Below, piece after piece: positions 35,063 through 44,792 of a stretch of 64,000 nucleotides of DNA. How positions within the stretch are numbered: the stretch's first letter is position 1; each line of letters begins with the position of its first letter. The stretch is from Terriglobales bacterium (GTDB lineage Bacteria > Acidobacteriota > Terriglobia > Terriglobales > Acidobacteriaceae): the NCBI GenBank assembly GCA_051006995.1, contig JBPCSQ010000022.1, positions 8,047 through 72,046 of the forward strand. The letters are read 5' to 3'. Position numbers and translations under genes: made by a program. The notes beneath the pieces are model-generated. The model searched no databases and had not been told where the DNA came from. It saw nothing but the letters and a program-made list of their open reading frames with translations.

Positions 35063-35410
35063 TTACTTGCCGAAGGAAGCCACCGCGGTAGCTTCGTCGT
35101 CCTTAATATCAAACACGGTATAGAGCTTCGTTATTTGGAGCAGGTCGTGCACTTTCTTGGTCAGGTTGAGGAGCTTCAACTCGCCGCCGCCATTGCGAAC
35201 GGTGGTGAAGGCGCTGACCAACTCGCCGATCCCCGAGCTGTCGATATAGGTGACATCGCCCAGGTTGAGCAGGATTTTCTTGGCGCCCTTGCCGAGCAGG
35301 TCGCGGACCAAGTCGCGCAACACGACGCTGCCTTCTCCTAAAGTAATGCGGCCGCTCAGGTCGACGATGGTGACGCCATCGACCTGCCGCGTACTGGATT
35401 TCATCGTCAC
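35063..35410 (-). CDS. STAS-domain anti-sigma-factor antagonist (SpoIIAA/RsbV-like)
   Basis: 115 aa with the motif [11 protein letters not shown], which contains the phosphorylatable Ser. Confidence 0.85.
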   Translation of the reverse strand: MTMKSSTRQVDGVTIVDLSGRITLGEGSVVLRDLVRDLLGKGAKKILLNLGDVTYIDSSGIGELVSAFTTVRNGGGELKLLNLTKKVHDLLQITKLYTVFDIKDDEATAVASFGK

Positions 35411-35862
35411 TTGGATTCCTCCTTGCCCTCGACGGCCCCGCCGTGGGCATGCTTGATCATCGTGATTTCCGTACCTGGACCCAGGTCTCGAATGCGCACC
35501 TCGTCCATGAAGGCCTTAATCAGAAAAATGCCGCGCCCGGACTGCTTTAAAAGGTTTTCCGGCGCCAGCGGATCGGGAACTGCCGCCAGATCCAGGCCGC
35601 GCCCCTCGTCGGCCACGGTGATCACCAGAGATGAGCCGGTGTTCTCCAGGCCGACCGTCATCTTTTTCGCAGGATCGTAAGAATTGCCGTGCAGCACCGC
35701 GTTAACTGTTGCCTCGCGCACGGCCATGGAAATGCGATTGAGGTCGTCGTCGTCAAAGCCGAGTTTCGACGCCATCTTGCTTGCCAACTCTTCGGCCTGG
35801 TTTACGCTTTCGAGCGTGGAATCCAGCCGATATGAGACCCGCATCGCGGCCATGTCGGACAT
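35407..35862 (-). CDS. Anti-sigma regulatory factor, Ser/Thr protein kinase (RsbW/SpoIIAB-like HATPase)
   Basis: It has [14 protein letters not shown] (N box) and DEGRGL...[15 protein letters not shown] (G boxes). I moved the start to MSDMAAM. Its stop overlaps the STAS start. Confidence 0.8.
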   Translation of the reverse strand: MSDMAAMRVSYRLDSTLESVNQAEELASKMASKLGFDDDDLNRISMAVREATVNAVLHGNSYDPAKKMTVGLENTGSSLVITVADEGRGLDLAAVPDPLAPENLLKQSGRGIFLIKAFMDEVRIRDLGPGTEITMIKHAHGGAVEGKEESK

Positions 35863-36116
35863 AATTGCACTCGGGCGCACGTGCCGCCAAGCAGTTCCAT
35901 CCTCGGCTGGCCTTGGCTCGAAAGGCGTTAGTTTGCCTTTCGCGCTGCCGAATGTCAACGCGAATGCTTTCCTGGCGATGCCGGGGGCGCGCTGGCGCTG
36001 CTCTGTTCCAGTCCAGTGCAAAAAAAGGAGCGCCTCTGCAAAACGATGGTGCAATCCGGCTCGGCGCTTCGGTATGCTCGGACTGGCATCTCAAGAGCCA
36101 TAGTTCTTGCAGGGCA

Positions 36117-36148
36117 TTGGAAGGCTGGAACCTGAAGCCTGGAGCCGG
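36117..36148 (-). repeat. Intergenic word repeat, inverted copy
   Basis: ttggaaggctggaacctgaagcctggagccgg. The reverse complement contains ggctccaggcttcagg. Confidence 0.5.
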
Positions 36149-36151
36149 TCC

Positions 36152-37396
36152 GTGACGTCCACACTTGCACTTACCGAGCTGCTGAAAACGCCGGTGTTCG
36201 ACTCCTCCGGCGCCATGGCTGGGCGTGTGCGTGAACTGGCGTTGTGCCCGCAGGAAGATCCACTGCGCATTTCTGCCCTGGTGGTGCGCACCAAATCCGG
36301 CGATCGCCTGTTGTCCTTCGGCCAGGTGGAATCTATTGACGGCATGGTGAAGGCGCGCAATCGGGCTTCCGAATGGCCGCCGTTTGCCGGTGAAGGTTTT
36401 CTGCTGCTGGAGCGCGATTTGCTCGACCAGCAGATCATTGACGTTCACGGTCGCAAAGTGGTTCGCGTAAACGACGTGGACCTTCACCAGGATCTCAGCA
36501 ATCACCACGTTGCGCTCAAGATGGCTGCCGTGGACGTGGGCGCGCGCGGCGCTGTCCGCCGCCTGCTCAAAGGTCTGGTGCCGATGGCTGCGCTGCGGCC
36601 GCTGCTGCGAAAGCTCCCGGAAAAGCTTATCCCGTGGGAGTTCGTGGACCTGATCGAGACCGATCCGGCGCGCCGCGTGAAGCTGAAGATTACGCAGGAC
36701 AGGCTGGCCAAGCTGCATCCCGCCGACATTGCTGACATTGTCGAAGAGCTCGCTCCGGCGGAGCGCGAAGCCGTGTTCGAAACCCTGGATGAGGAAGTCG
36801 CGGCCGAGGCACTCGAGGAGATCAATCCCAAGCTGCAGGTGTCCATCGTCGAGTCGCTCGATTCCGACCGCGCCGCCGACATCGTCGAGGAAATGGATCC
36901 GGACGCTGCCGCCGACCTGCTGGCCGACCTGCCCGAGGAACGCTCCCAGGAAATCCTGGAGGAAATGGAGCCGGAGCAGCGCGACGAGGTCAGCGAACTG
37001 CTGGAATTCGAGGAAAATACTGCTGCCGGCCGCATGACGACCGAATACATGGCGTTGAACGCCAACGCCCGCGTCGCCGATGCCATCGAAATGCTGCGTA
37101 ATTTCGAAGGAGGCATCGAGAGCGTCAGCACCATCTTCCTTCTCGATGAGGCGGGTAAGCTCGTGGGCGCCGTGCCGCTTTCCAAGATCGTGGTTTCGTC
37201 CACCGACGCGCCGCTGCTCTCGCTCACGATCGATCCGCTCCTTTCCGTTCACGCCGGGGCGCGCGAAAAAGACGTCGCCGAAACCTTCGATAAATACAAC
37301 CTGCTCACGCTGCCGGTGGTGGACCACGACGGCAAGCTCACTGGCGTAATCACCGCCGACGACGTGATCTCGCTTTTGCGCACCAAGCTCCGGTAA
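36152..37396 (+). CDS. Soluble PRC-barrel + MgtE-N + CBS-pair protein (no MgtE membrane domain)
   Basis: It has an N-terminal PRC-like segment, an acidic MgtE_N helical repeat (DIVEEMDPDAAADLLADLPEE) and two CBS motifs. It ends without TM helices. The start is uncertain (GTG 36152 or ATG 36107). Confidence 0.7.
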   Translation: MTSTLALTELLKTPVFDSSGAMAGRVRELALCPQEDPLRISALVVRTKSGDRLLSFGQVESIDGMVKARNRASEWPPFAGEGFLLLERDLLDQQIIDVHGRKVVRVNDVDLHQDLSNHHVALKMAAVDVGARGAVRRLLKGLVPMAALRPLLRKLPEKLIPWEFVDLIETDPARRVKLKITQDRLAKLHPADIADIVEELAPAEREAVFETLDEEVAAEALEEINPKLQVSIVESLDSDRAADIVEEMDPDAAADLLADLPEERSQEILEEMEPEQRDEVSELLEFEENTAAGRMTTEYMALNANARVADAIEMLRNFEGGIESVSTIFLLDEAGKLVGAVPLSKIVVSSTDAPLLSLTIDPLLSVHAGAREKDVAETFDKYNLLTLPVVDHDGKLTGVITADDVISLLRTKLR

Positions 37397-37460
37397 TCCC
37401 GGTGTGGCACTCGGGCGCTCGCGTGTGAAGCCGTCAAACGTAATCATCCGTTACACTCAT

Positions 37461-38687
37461 ATGCCGATGGCCGCAATTACCTACCTCGAATGCTCCAGGT
37501 GCGGGGAACACATCACAGCCGATGAGCCGCGCACCGTGTGTCCGCGCGATGGGGGGTCGCTCTACGTTCGCTACGATCTCGCCAACATCGGACAGACCTT
37601 TACCCGCGAGTCGCTCTCCGGGCGCACGGCTTCCATGTGGCGCTACGCGGACGTGCTTCCAGGCGACAATCCCGTCACGCTCGGCGAGGGCTTCACTCCG
37701 ATGTTGCCGAGCCGGCATTCGCCCAACGTTTTCATTAAGGATGAGGGCATTAATCCCACGGGATCGTTTAAGGCGAGAGGAATGTCGGCGGCGGTCACCA
37801 TGGCGCGTGCTTACGGACTGAAAAAACTGGCGGCGCCGTCGGCCGGCAATGCCGCCAGTGCGCTCTCTGCTTACGCCGCCGCGGCCGGCATCGAAGCGCA
37901 TATCTTCATGCCCAAGGACGTGCCACAAGCCAACCTGATCGAGTGCCAGGCCTATGGCGCGCACGTCAACCTGGTGGACGGGCTCATCGGCGATTGCGCG
38001 CGCATGATTGGCGAGCGCAAGCAGCAGGAGGGCTGGTTCGACGTCTCGACACTCAAGGAACCATTCCGCGTCGAGGGCAAAAAGACAATGGGTTACGAGA
38101 TCGCCGAACAACTCGGATGGAGCTTGCCCGACGCGATCTTCTATCCGACCGGCGGTGGCGTTGGCATGATTGGCATGTGGAAGGCCTTCGAGGAAATGGA
38201 AACGCTAGGCTGGATCGGCTCCAAGCGCCCGAAGATGATCGCCGTACAAGCTGCCGGCTGCGCTCCCATCATCAAGGCTTGGGAGGAGCACAAAGCGGTG
38301 TCCGAGGCTTGGCAAAACGCCGCCACGATTGCTGCCGGCCTGCGCGTGCCCAAGGCGTACGCCGACTACATCGTCCTCGACATCCTGCGCAAGAGCGGCG
38401 GCACCGCCGTTGCGGTGACCGACGACGAAATCATGGATGCGTTCCAGTCATGGGCGCATGAGGAAGGTGTTTTCGCAGCGCCGGAGGGCGCAGCTTCGCT
38501 GGCGGGATATCGCAAGCTGCTCGCGTCCGGCTTTCTGAAACCTAGCGACACGGTCGTGCTGTTTAACACCGGCTCGGGGCTGAAATACATTGACGTGATC
38601 GCCGCGTATTTGAAGGCTGAAACGCGTTCGCCCTCGAATGCGCCGCCCCCGCGCCGCGCGATCGGCGGCATCATCCAGCCATACTGA
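37461..38687 (+). CDS. thrC: Threonine synthase
   Basis: It has an N-terminal zinc-ribbon-like CSRCG...CPRDG, the PLP lysine motif NPTGSFKARG and a GGGVGMIG loop. I moved the start to the ATG at 37461. Confidence 0.85.
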   Translation: MPMAAITYLECSRCGEHITADEPRTVCPRDGGSLYVRYDLANIGQTFTRESLSGRTASMWRYADVLPGDNPVTLGEGFTPMLPSRHSPNVFIKDEGINPTGSFKARGMSAAVTMARAYGLKKLAAPSAGNAASALSAYAAAAGIEAHIFMPKDVPQANLIECQAYGAHVNLVDGLIGDCARMIGERKQQEGWFDVSTLKEPFRVEGKKTMGYEIAEQLGWSLPDAIFYPTGGGVGMIGMWKAFEEMETLGWIGSKRPKMIAVQAAGCAPIIKAWEEHKAVSEAWQNAATIAAGLRVPKAYADYIVLDILRKSGGTAVAVTDDEIMDAFQSWAHEEGVFAAPEGAASLAGYRKLLASGFLKPSDTVVLFNTGSGLKYIDVIAAYLKAETRSPSNAPPPRRAIGGIIQPY

Positions 38688-38763
38688 TGCAAAGCTGGAG
38701 CGCGTTCGCCCTCGAACGCGCTGTGTGGTACACGCGCCCTCGCAGACTGCATATACTGGGCCA

Positions 38764-39969
38764 ATGACGGAACGCCTCTACTACACCGACCCCACGCTCA
38801 TGGAATTTGAGGCCGAGGTCGTGCGCACGAACGATGGCGGAGTCGTCCTCGACCGCACTGCTTTCTATCCCACCAGCGGCGGCCAGACGTTTGACACCGG
38901 CTGGATTGAATCTGCCGATTTTCGCGTGCGCGTGAAGGACGTTTCAGAGGACGAATCCGGAGACGTCCTCCACCGCCTCGAATCCGTCGTGGCCATCGCT
39001 CCCGGCGCCCGCGTGCGCGGCGCCATTGACGCTCCCCGCCGCCGCGACCACATGCAGCAGCACACCGGCCAGCACCTGCTCTCCGCCGTGTTCATCGAGC
39101 TGTTCAATGCGGCCACGGTTTCCTTCCACATGGGCGACGAGAGTTGCACGATTGATCTGGACGTCAAGACGCTCTCATCGGAGCAGGTCTGCGAGGCAGA
39201 ACATCGCACCAACGAGATCATCGCCGACGACGTTCCGGTGGAGATCAAGTTTGCCACGCTGGAGGAAGCCAAGCAGCTTGGCGTACGCAAGATTCCGCCC
39301 GATATCACAGACACGCTGCGCCTCATCGAGATTCGTGGTCGCGATCTGACCGCCTGCGGTGGGACGCATGTCAGCCGCACCGGCGAGATCGGCGCTGTCC
39401 TGCTGCGCAAAGTCGAGAAGGTCAAGCAGGGCGTGCGCCTCGAGTTCGTCTGCGGCGGCCGCGCAATTGTCGTTGCACGCAAGGACTTCGACACGCTGAC
39501 CACGGCGGCTGCGCTGTTTTCCAGCCATATCTACGATGTCCCCGAGCAGATTCGCAAAACGCTCGACGAGTCCAAAGCGGCAGGGAAGCGCGAGTTGAAG
39601 ATGCAGGCCGAGCTGGCGGAATTCATGGCCGCTCGCATCGTTGCCGAAACTCCCAAGAAGAACGGCCTTCGCCTGGTGAAACGTGTCTTCAACGACCGGG
39701 ACCTCGCCTTCATCAAGCTGCTGGCGCAGAAACTGGCGGTGCATCCGGGAGTGGTCGCATTACTGGCTACAACCTGCCAATCGCCGGCACTCATCTTTAC
39801 GCAATCGCCGGGCGGTCACCTCGATATGGGTGCGCTCATGAAAGAGGCAGTCGCTTCGCTGGGTGGCCGGGGCGGCGGTTCACGCGACATGGCGCAGGGC
39901 GGGGCTCCGCCCGGAGCTGACCTGCACGCTGCCATCGAAGTCATCGCCGCGAAGCTTGAGGGTTCGTAA
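38764..39969 (+). CDS. alaX: Alanyl-tRNA editing protein AlaX-L-like
   Basis: It has the HMQQHTGQHLLS (HxxxH) and CGGTHV zinc motifs of the AlaRS editing domain. The C-terminal DHHA1-like motif is GGRGGGSRDMAQGG. Confidence 0.8.
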   Translation: MTERLYYTDPTLMEFEAEVVRTNDGGVVLDRTAFYPTSGGQTFDTGWIESADFRVRVKDVSEDESGDVLHRLESVVAIAPGARVRGAIDAPRRRDHMQQHTGQHLLSAVFIELFNAATVSFHMGDESCTIDLDVKTLSSEQVCEAEHRTNEIIADDVPVEIKFATLEEAKQLGVRKIPPDITDTLRLIEIRGRDLTACGGTHVSRTGEIGAVLLRKVEKVKQGVRLEFVCGGRAIVVARKDFDTLTTAAALFSSHIYDVPEQIRKTLDESKAAGKRELKMQAELAEFMAARIVAETPKKNGLRLVKRVFNDRDLAFIKLLAQKLAVHPGVVALLATTCQSPALIFTQSPGGHLDMGALMKEAVASLGGRGGGSRDMAQGGAPPGADLHAAIEVIAAKLEGS

Positions 39970-40115
39970 TTACCACAGAACGAGCTTACTGACATATACG
40001 GAGACAAACACAAGAAAGAACAGGCTCGGTGTGCCTGTACGTCCTCGCCGTGTCAGTAGTGATTGGGCCCCTCGCGGTGAACCGCAGCGAATCCAATGCT
40101 AAAGTAAAGCCGCGC

Positions 40116-41468
40116 ATGGACCGCCTGGTCGCCATCAACATGCTGATTCAGCTCGGCGTGGCCGCCGCCGTGGCCAGCGCACTGGTGCGTTCGCGGCAAT
40201 TCAAGGAGCTGCTCTTTCGCGAGCGGCGCACTATCTCCGAGACCCTGAACCTGGTGATCTGGATCGGCACGCCGTTCGCCCTCGGCGTGGTGGTGCGCGT
40301 CACCGCGCCCAGCTTCCTCGCCGCCGACCTGTCGTTCGAGGCTTCCATGCTTACCGGCGTCATGGGCGGGCCGCTGGCCGGAGTGCTGGGCGGAATTTTC
40401 GTCTCGCTGCCGTCGGTGGTCCATCGCGAGTGGTTCAACATGCCGTTCTGCATCCTGGCGGGCGCGATTGCTGGCACCATTCGCGAGATCGCCGGCGATC
40501 CCGAGATCATCTGGTCGTTTTCGCCGTTCATTGATCTCAGCATTTATCGCTGGATCAAGAAGGGCTTGCCGCGCCCAATGCTGGACTGGCAGATCGCCTT
40601 CTTCCTGCTCATCCTGGTGCTGCGCTTCCTGAAAATCGAACTGCACCGCTGGAACCCGAACCACATTTTCAGCGTGGACAGCGCCACCTGGGGAGTGCTG
40701 GTGGCCATCTTCGCGGCCTCGGTCATGTGCGTAGCCATTCCGCTGAAGATCTGGAACAACACGCGCATGGAAATCAAGCTGGAGGAGCAGCAGCGCGCCT
40801 TGCTGCACGCGCGCATGGAGGCCCTGCAGAGCCAGATCAATCCCCACTTCCTGTTCAACACCCTGAATTCGGTCGCCTCGCTGGTGCGCTTCGATCCTGA
40901 CACCGCGCGCGGGGTCATCGTCAAGCTGGCCAGCATTCTGCGGCGTCTGCTGCGCAAGGGCGACGCATTCGTGCAATTGCGCGAAGAGTTCGATTTTATT
41001 GACGACTACCTCGACATCGAGGTGGTGCGCTTCGGCCGCGACAAGCTGCGCGTGGTCAAAGATCTGGAGCCCGAGTCGCTGGAGGCCGTCGTGCCCAGCA
41101 TGTTGTTGCAGCCGCTGGTGGAGAACTCGCTGAAGCACGGGCTGGGGCCGAAAATCGAGGGCGGCACCCTGTACCTACGCAGCCGGCTTCACGACAGAAA
41201 GGTCGAAGTGGAAGTCGAAGACGACGGCGTCGGGATGGGCGCGGCGCATCTTCTTGAGCGGCCCAGCGGCGTGGGCGGTAGCGGCATCGGTATGGCTAAC
41301 GTTGCCGAGCGCCTGAAGGTGCTCTACGGGGAATCGGCAAGCATGGTGATTTCCGCCGGTTCGATGGGCGGCACCATCATTCGCCTGACGCTGCCGGTCG
41401 TACATCCGCAGCAGGAAGGCACTGCCGCAGCCGCGTACTCCGAGACGCGAACGACGACGCCACGATAG
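40116..41468 (+). CDS. LytS/YehU-family sensor histidine kinase (5TMR-LYT + His_kinase + HATPase)
   Basis: It has a multi-TM N-terminus, the INPHFLFNTLNS H-box and LLQPLVENSLKHG. No LytTR regulator gene is adjacent. Confidence 0.8.
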   Translation: MDRLVAINMLIQLGVAAAVASALVRSRQFKELLFRERRTISETLNLVIWIGTPFALGVVVRVTAPSFLAADLSFEASMLTGVMGGPLAGVLGGIFVSLPSVVHREWFNMPFCILAGAIAGTIREIAGDPEIIWSFSPFIDLSIYRWIKKGLPRPMLDWQIAFFLLILVLRFLKIELHRWNPNHIFSVDSATWGVLVAIFAASVMCVAIPLKIWNNTRMEIKLEEQQRALLHARMEALQSQINPHFLFNTLNSVASLVRFDPDTARGVIVKLASILRRLLRKGDAFVQLREEFDFIDDYLDIEVVRFGRDKLRVVKDLEPESLEAVVPSMLLQPLVENSLKHGLGPKIEGGTLYLRSRLHDRKVEVEVEDDGVGMGAAHLLERPSGVGGSGIGMANVAERLKVLYGESASMVISAGSMGGTIIRLTLPVVHPQQEGTAAAAYSETRTTTPR

Positions 41469-41504
41469 CGTCACTGTTCAATCCACGGAGATGATGTTCC
41501 AGAG

Positions 41505-42746
41505 CTACTGCAGCTTGTAATGCCCCGCGCCGGATGAGAGGCCCGCAGAAAGCTGCTCCAGGATGTGGTACTGGCCGTAAACGTCCCAGAACTTGCCGGT
41601 AAATTTCATTGCCTTCGACATCACCAGACCGGCGGCCAAGCCAATCATTTCTGCCTCGATCTGGGACGCGCTGGCAGGAGCGCTCAATTTCCGCTCCAGG
41701 ACGGACTTGCAGAGCGCGCCACGCTCGGCCGGCGGTTGCTCGCCGTCCCACTTGCCGGCAGCGCAGGAAAGCCCGATCTGGATAGCTATGCCGGCCTGCA
41801 GTTCTTTCGCCAGCTTTGCGTTATCGAGCTTTACGTTCCACCCCTTTGCCGACTCGATGGCCGCTTTCGCGTCGGCGTTCTCTTCGACCTTACGCACCCA
41901 TTCGATACTGGCGGCGATAGCCGTGTTCACCGCAAGCTGCTGGTGAGCAGCGATGGAAGCGCCGTCTCCTTCGTGCGCTGGAACCGCTCCGGCGGCGTGG
42001 TAGGAGGCCTCGGAGCGCAACGGCTGACCTGGATTTTCGTACTCCTTGTAAATAAGCCCCGAATTGTCGTGGTTCATGTGCGTGTGGGTATTGGCAGCGT
42101 CGGTCAGAGCCGGATAAATGCCGCTCGTCACTTGGAAGGGCCACTTGGCTGGATCGGCATATTTGGCGCGGAACTCGAACCAGGTCGGCGCACGTTTTTG
42201 CCCGGACGACTCCTCGAGCTTGACGCTGGTCTGGTTGAAGTCGAAGTGCACCCAGTCAGAGTGACTGTAAAAGTCCTGTACGGCGTGAAGGGAGGCGCCC
42301 AGGGTGATCAGCACCAGAACCTTTCGCGTGCGATCGTCGAGGCCTGTTTGCTTGCCAAAGCCGGCAAGGAGCTTTTGCGTGCTTTGTAGAAGCTGAGCGA
42401 ACAGGTAATCGAACTGCGCATCGCGGCTCAGCTCGCCATTGAGGTTGTCAAAATGAAGAAAGACGGCCGAGCCCTGCGAGGCTGCGTTCTGCGAGACGTA
42501 GCCGGAAAGCTTTTGCAAATCGGCGCCTTGTAAGTGCTCGGAAACGTACTGCGAGACCGGCCCGAACAGGTCAGGTGAGAAATTGCCCAATTGCATGATC
42601 TTCCAGGCATCCTCGCTGAAGCCAAACTCCTGGCCGACCCTGTGGCTGGCCTGCGAATGCCAGAAGGTGTCAAATCCGGCCGCCGGCGAGGCCAGAAACG
42701 CAATGAGCGTTACCATGGCGGAGGTCTTCTTGAGTACTTCCCACAT
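41505..42746 (-). CDS. Secreted protein with Het-C / zinc phospholipase-C-like histidine motifs
   Basis: It has a signal peptide (MWEVLKKTSAMVTLIAFLASPAAG), an N-terminal FWH, LHAVQDFYSHSDW and HTHMNHDN. I moved the start off the part of the track ORF that overlaps bshA. Confidence 0.45.
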   Translation of the reverse strand: MWEVLKKTSAMVTLIAFLASPAAGFDTFWHSQASHRVGQEFGFSEDAWKIMQLGNFSPDLFGPVSQYVSEHLQGADLQKLSGYVSQNAASQGSAVFLHFDNLNGELSRDAQFDYLFAQLLQSTQKLLAGFGKQTGLDDRTRKVLVLITLGASLHAVQDFYSHSDWVHFDFNQTSVKLEESSGQKRAPTWFEFRAKYADPAKWPFQVTSGIYPALTDAANTHTHMNHDNSGLIYKEYENPGQPLRSEASYHAAGAVPAHEGDGASIAAHQQLAVNTAIAASIEWVRKVEENADAKAAIESAKGWNVKLDNAKLAKELQAGIAIQIGLSCAAGKWDGEQPPAERGALCKSVLERKLSAPASASQIEAEMIGLAAGLVMSKAMKFTGKFWDVYGQYHILEQLSAGLSSGAGHYKLQ

Positions 42747-42792
42747 CGCTGAGTCGAATCTTACGCCTGTCGGGGAGTAGACGAGCGAAAAC

Positions 42793-43935
42793 CTACGCCT
42801 TCTTTTCCAGGACTTGGCGATAGAATTTTTCGTACTGCGGAATGATGCGGGTGGAGCAGAAGTGCCCTTGCGCGACGGTGCGGCCCTCGCGCGCCATCTG
42901 CTTGCGTTTGGCATCGTCGGTGAGCAGGTCTACAGCGCAACGCGCCATCTCCTCGACATCGCCTACTTCGGCCAGAAACCCGGTTTTGCCGTGCTCGATG
43001 ACTTCCGGCATACCGCCGACGTTGGTTCCAATGGGGACAACCTCGCAGGCCATCGCCTCCAGAGCTGCCAGGCCGAACGATTCCAACTGGCTGGGCAGGA
43101 GCATCACGTCGGCAGTAGCCAACTTCTCATGCACCCGGTCCTGCTTGCCCAGAAAAATGATGCGGTCGTGGATGCGCTTGTCCATCGCCATCCACTCGGC
43201 GCGCGAGCGTTCCGGGCCATCGCCGATCAGTAACAGCTTGGCCGGAACCTTCTTCTGCACCAGGTCGAAGATTTCAATCACGTCCTGAATGCGCTTGACC
43301 GGGCGGAAATTGCTGAGATGCACGAGCAGGCGCTCCTCATCGCGGGCGAACTCGCGACGGCGCTCCTGCCATTGCGGATCGCGGCGGTAGATATCGCAAT
43401 TGACGAAGTTGTAGATCACCTTAATGGAATCGGAGAGGCCGAACTCGGAGAGCGTGCGCTCGCGCAGGTACTTGGAGATGGCGGTGACGCCGTCGCTTTG
43501 CTCGATGGAGAAGCGCGTGATCGGCAGGTACGACCGGTCCTGCCCGACCAGCGTGATATCAGTGCCGTGCAAGGTGGTGACAAAGGGCAGGCGGCGCGCG
43601 CGCGGCGACTTGTCGAGCATCTGCTTCGCCAGGTAGGCGCTCACCGAATGTGGGATGGCATAGTGCACGTGCAGCAGGTCGAGCTCGTAAATCTCGGCGA
43701 CCTCGGCCATGCGCGTGGCCAGCGCCAAATCGTAAGGCGGGAATTCGAAGAGCGGATAGTGCGAGACCTCGACCTCGTGGTACCAGATGTTGGGCTGCGG
43801 CCCCGACAACCGGAATGGCTGCGCATAGGTGATGAAGTGGACGTGGTGGCCGCGCTGGGCGAGTTCGATGCCCAACTCAGTGGCGACCACGCCGCTGCCG
43901 CCATAGGTCGGATAACAGGTGATGCCGATTTTCAT
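42793..43935 (-). CDS. bshA: GT4 glycosyltransferase, BshA-like (N-acetyl-alpha-D-glucosaminyl L-malate synthase)
   Basis: MKIGITCYPTYGGSGVVATELGIELAQRGHHVHFIT matches my recollection of BshA N-termini. The C-terminal ESFGLAALEAMA motif fits GT4. Confidence 0.7.
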   Translation of the reverse strand: MKIGITCYPTYGGSGVVATELGIELAQRGHHVHFITYAQPFRLSGPQPNIWYHEVEVSHYPLFEFPPYDLALATRMAEVAEIYELDLLHVHYAIPHSVSAYLAKQMLDKSPRARRLPFVTTLHGTDITLVGQDRSYLPITRFSIEQSDGVTAISKYLRERTLSEFGLSDSIKVIYNFVNCDIYRRDPQWQERRREFARDEERLLVHLSNFRPVKRIQDVIEIFDLVQKKVPAKLLLIGDGPERSRAEWMAMDKRIHDRIIFLGKQDRVHEKLATADVMLLPSQLESFGLAALEAMACEVVPIGTNVGGMPEVIEHGKTGFLAEVGDVEEMARCAVDLLTDDAKRKQMAREGRTVAQGHFCSTRIIPQYEKFYRQVLEKKA

Positions 43936-43937
43936 AG

Positions 43938-43968
43938 GCACAAGGCGCAAGGCTCAAGGCGAAAGGAG
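43938..43968 (+). repeat. Intergenic word repeat, copy in bshA 5' region
   Basis: gcacaaggcgcaaggctcaaggcgaaaggag contains aggcgcaaggct at 43943-43954. Confidence 0.55.
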
Positions 43969-44169
43969 CAACCGGACAATGTAACAGACGCGCCGCTAGG
44001 TCTGCGGTTATGGGTCCACGGTTGGCGGTTTACGTTGACGACACCGTGAGCTGCAGAATCAGACTGCGATTGCGATAAAACGCTGCTGGAAGAGCGCGGA
44101 GGTCTGATTGCTTTGCCGGCGCGATAGATGTGGGGCGAACCGCCGAAAACCGTCAGCCGTAAATCGAAA

Positions 44170-44556
44170 TCAGGCTTCGCCCTTGGAGCCCACGGGCTGT
44201 TCTTCGCGATTCGCTTCGTCGAGGTAGAGCTTGATTTTTTCCAGTAGGGAAGGGAAGAGCTCTTCCTTGTTGAGGCAGGCCTTGACGTCATCGCCGCCCT
44301 CGACCGGGCCATAGCCGGTGACGATGATGACGGGAGTTTCGGGGCTGGTGGCGTGGATCTTGCGGGCCAGTTCCAGGCCATTCATGCCGTCCATGCGGAA
44401 GTCGGTGACCAGGATGTCGAACTTTTCGCGCTCGAATTTTTCCAGGGCGTCGGCGGCATTGTAGGCGCAGACGGCGCGGTATCCCTGCATTTCCAGGATC
44501 TCGCAACTGAGGCGAGCCAGTACCTCGTGGTCATCAACGAACAGTATGGTTTTCAT
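44170..44556 (-). CDS. Single-domain response regulator (CheY-like receiver)
   Basis: 128 aa with the acidic pocket and phospho-acceptor Asp motifs FVDDHE and ILVTDFRM, TGY, and the conserved K. Confidence 0.85.
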   Translation of the reverse strand: MKTILFVDDHEVLARLSCEILEMQGYRAVCAYNAADALEKFEREKFDILVTDFRMDGMNGLELARKIHATSPETPVIIVTGYGPVEGGDDVKACLNKEELFPSLLEKIKLYLDEANREEQPVGSKGEA

Positions 44557-44733
44557 GCGAGGCCCTCTCGGGTTGGCGAAACGAGTCGGCCAGGCGCACC
44601 GGCATCCGGGGCGGCCAGGCTCCCTGATTGGTTTCTTCTACTCAGGAAAAGGATGCACGAAGGCAAAAATTATAGCCAATCGGGGTCGAAATGAACCGGT
44701 TTGCAACCTCGTCCGAGCCAGGCCAGGGCGCGT

Positions 44734-44762
44734 TTGACCCGGTATTATCGGGTACGTATACT
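44734..44762 (+). promoter_or_regulatory. Sigma-70-type promoter for the tRNA pair
   Basis: TTGACC (44734-44739), a 17-nt spacer, then TATACT (44757-44762). The -10 ends 30 nt upstream of tRNA-Val. Confidence 0.55.
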
Positions 44763-44792
44763 GCCAAGCAGCGGATATTTTGCCCCTGTTCG

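Noticed and set aside
35753-37447. 564-aa ORF on the - strand
   Set aside because: It is antisense to the MgtE-N/CBS gene and overlaps the rsbW-like gene out of frame. It has no motifs.
38751-38766. TATACT 7 nt before the alaX ATG, suggesting a leaderless mRNA
   Set aside because: There is no convincing -35 element at 16-19 nt spacing. A single hexamer match is too weak without transcription start-site data.
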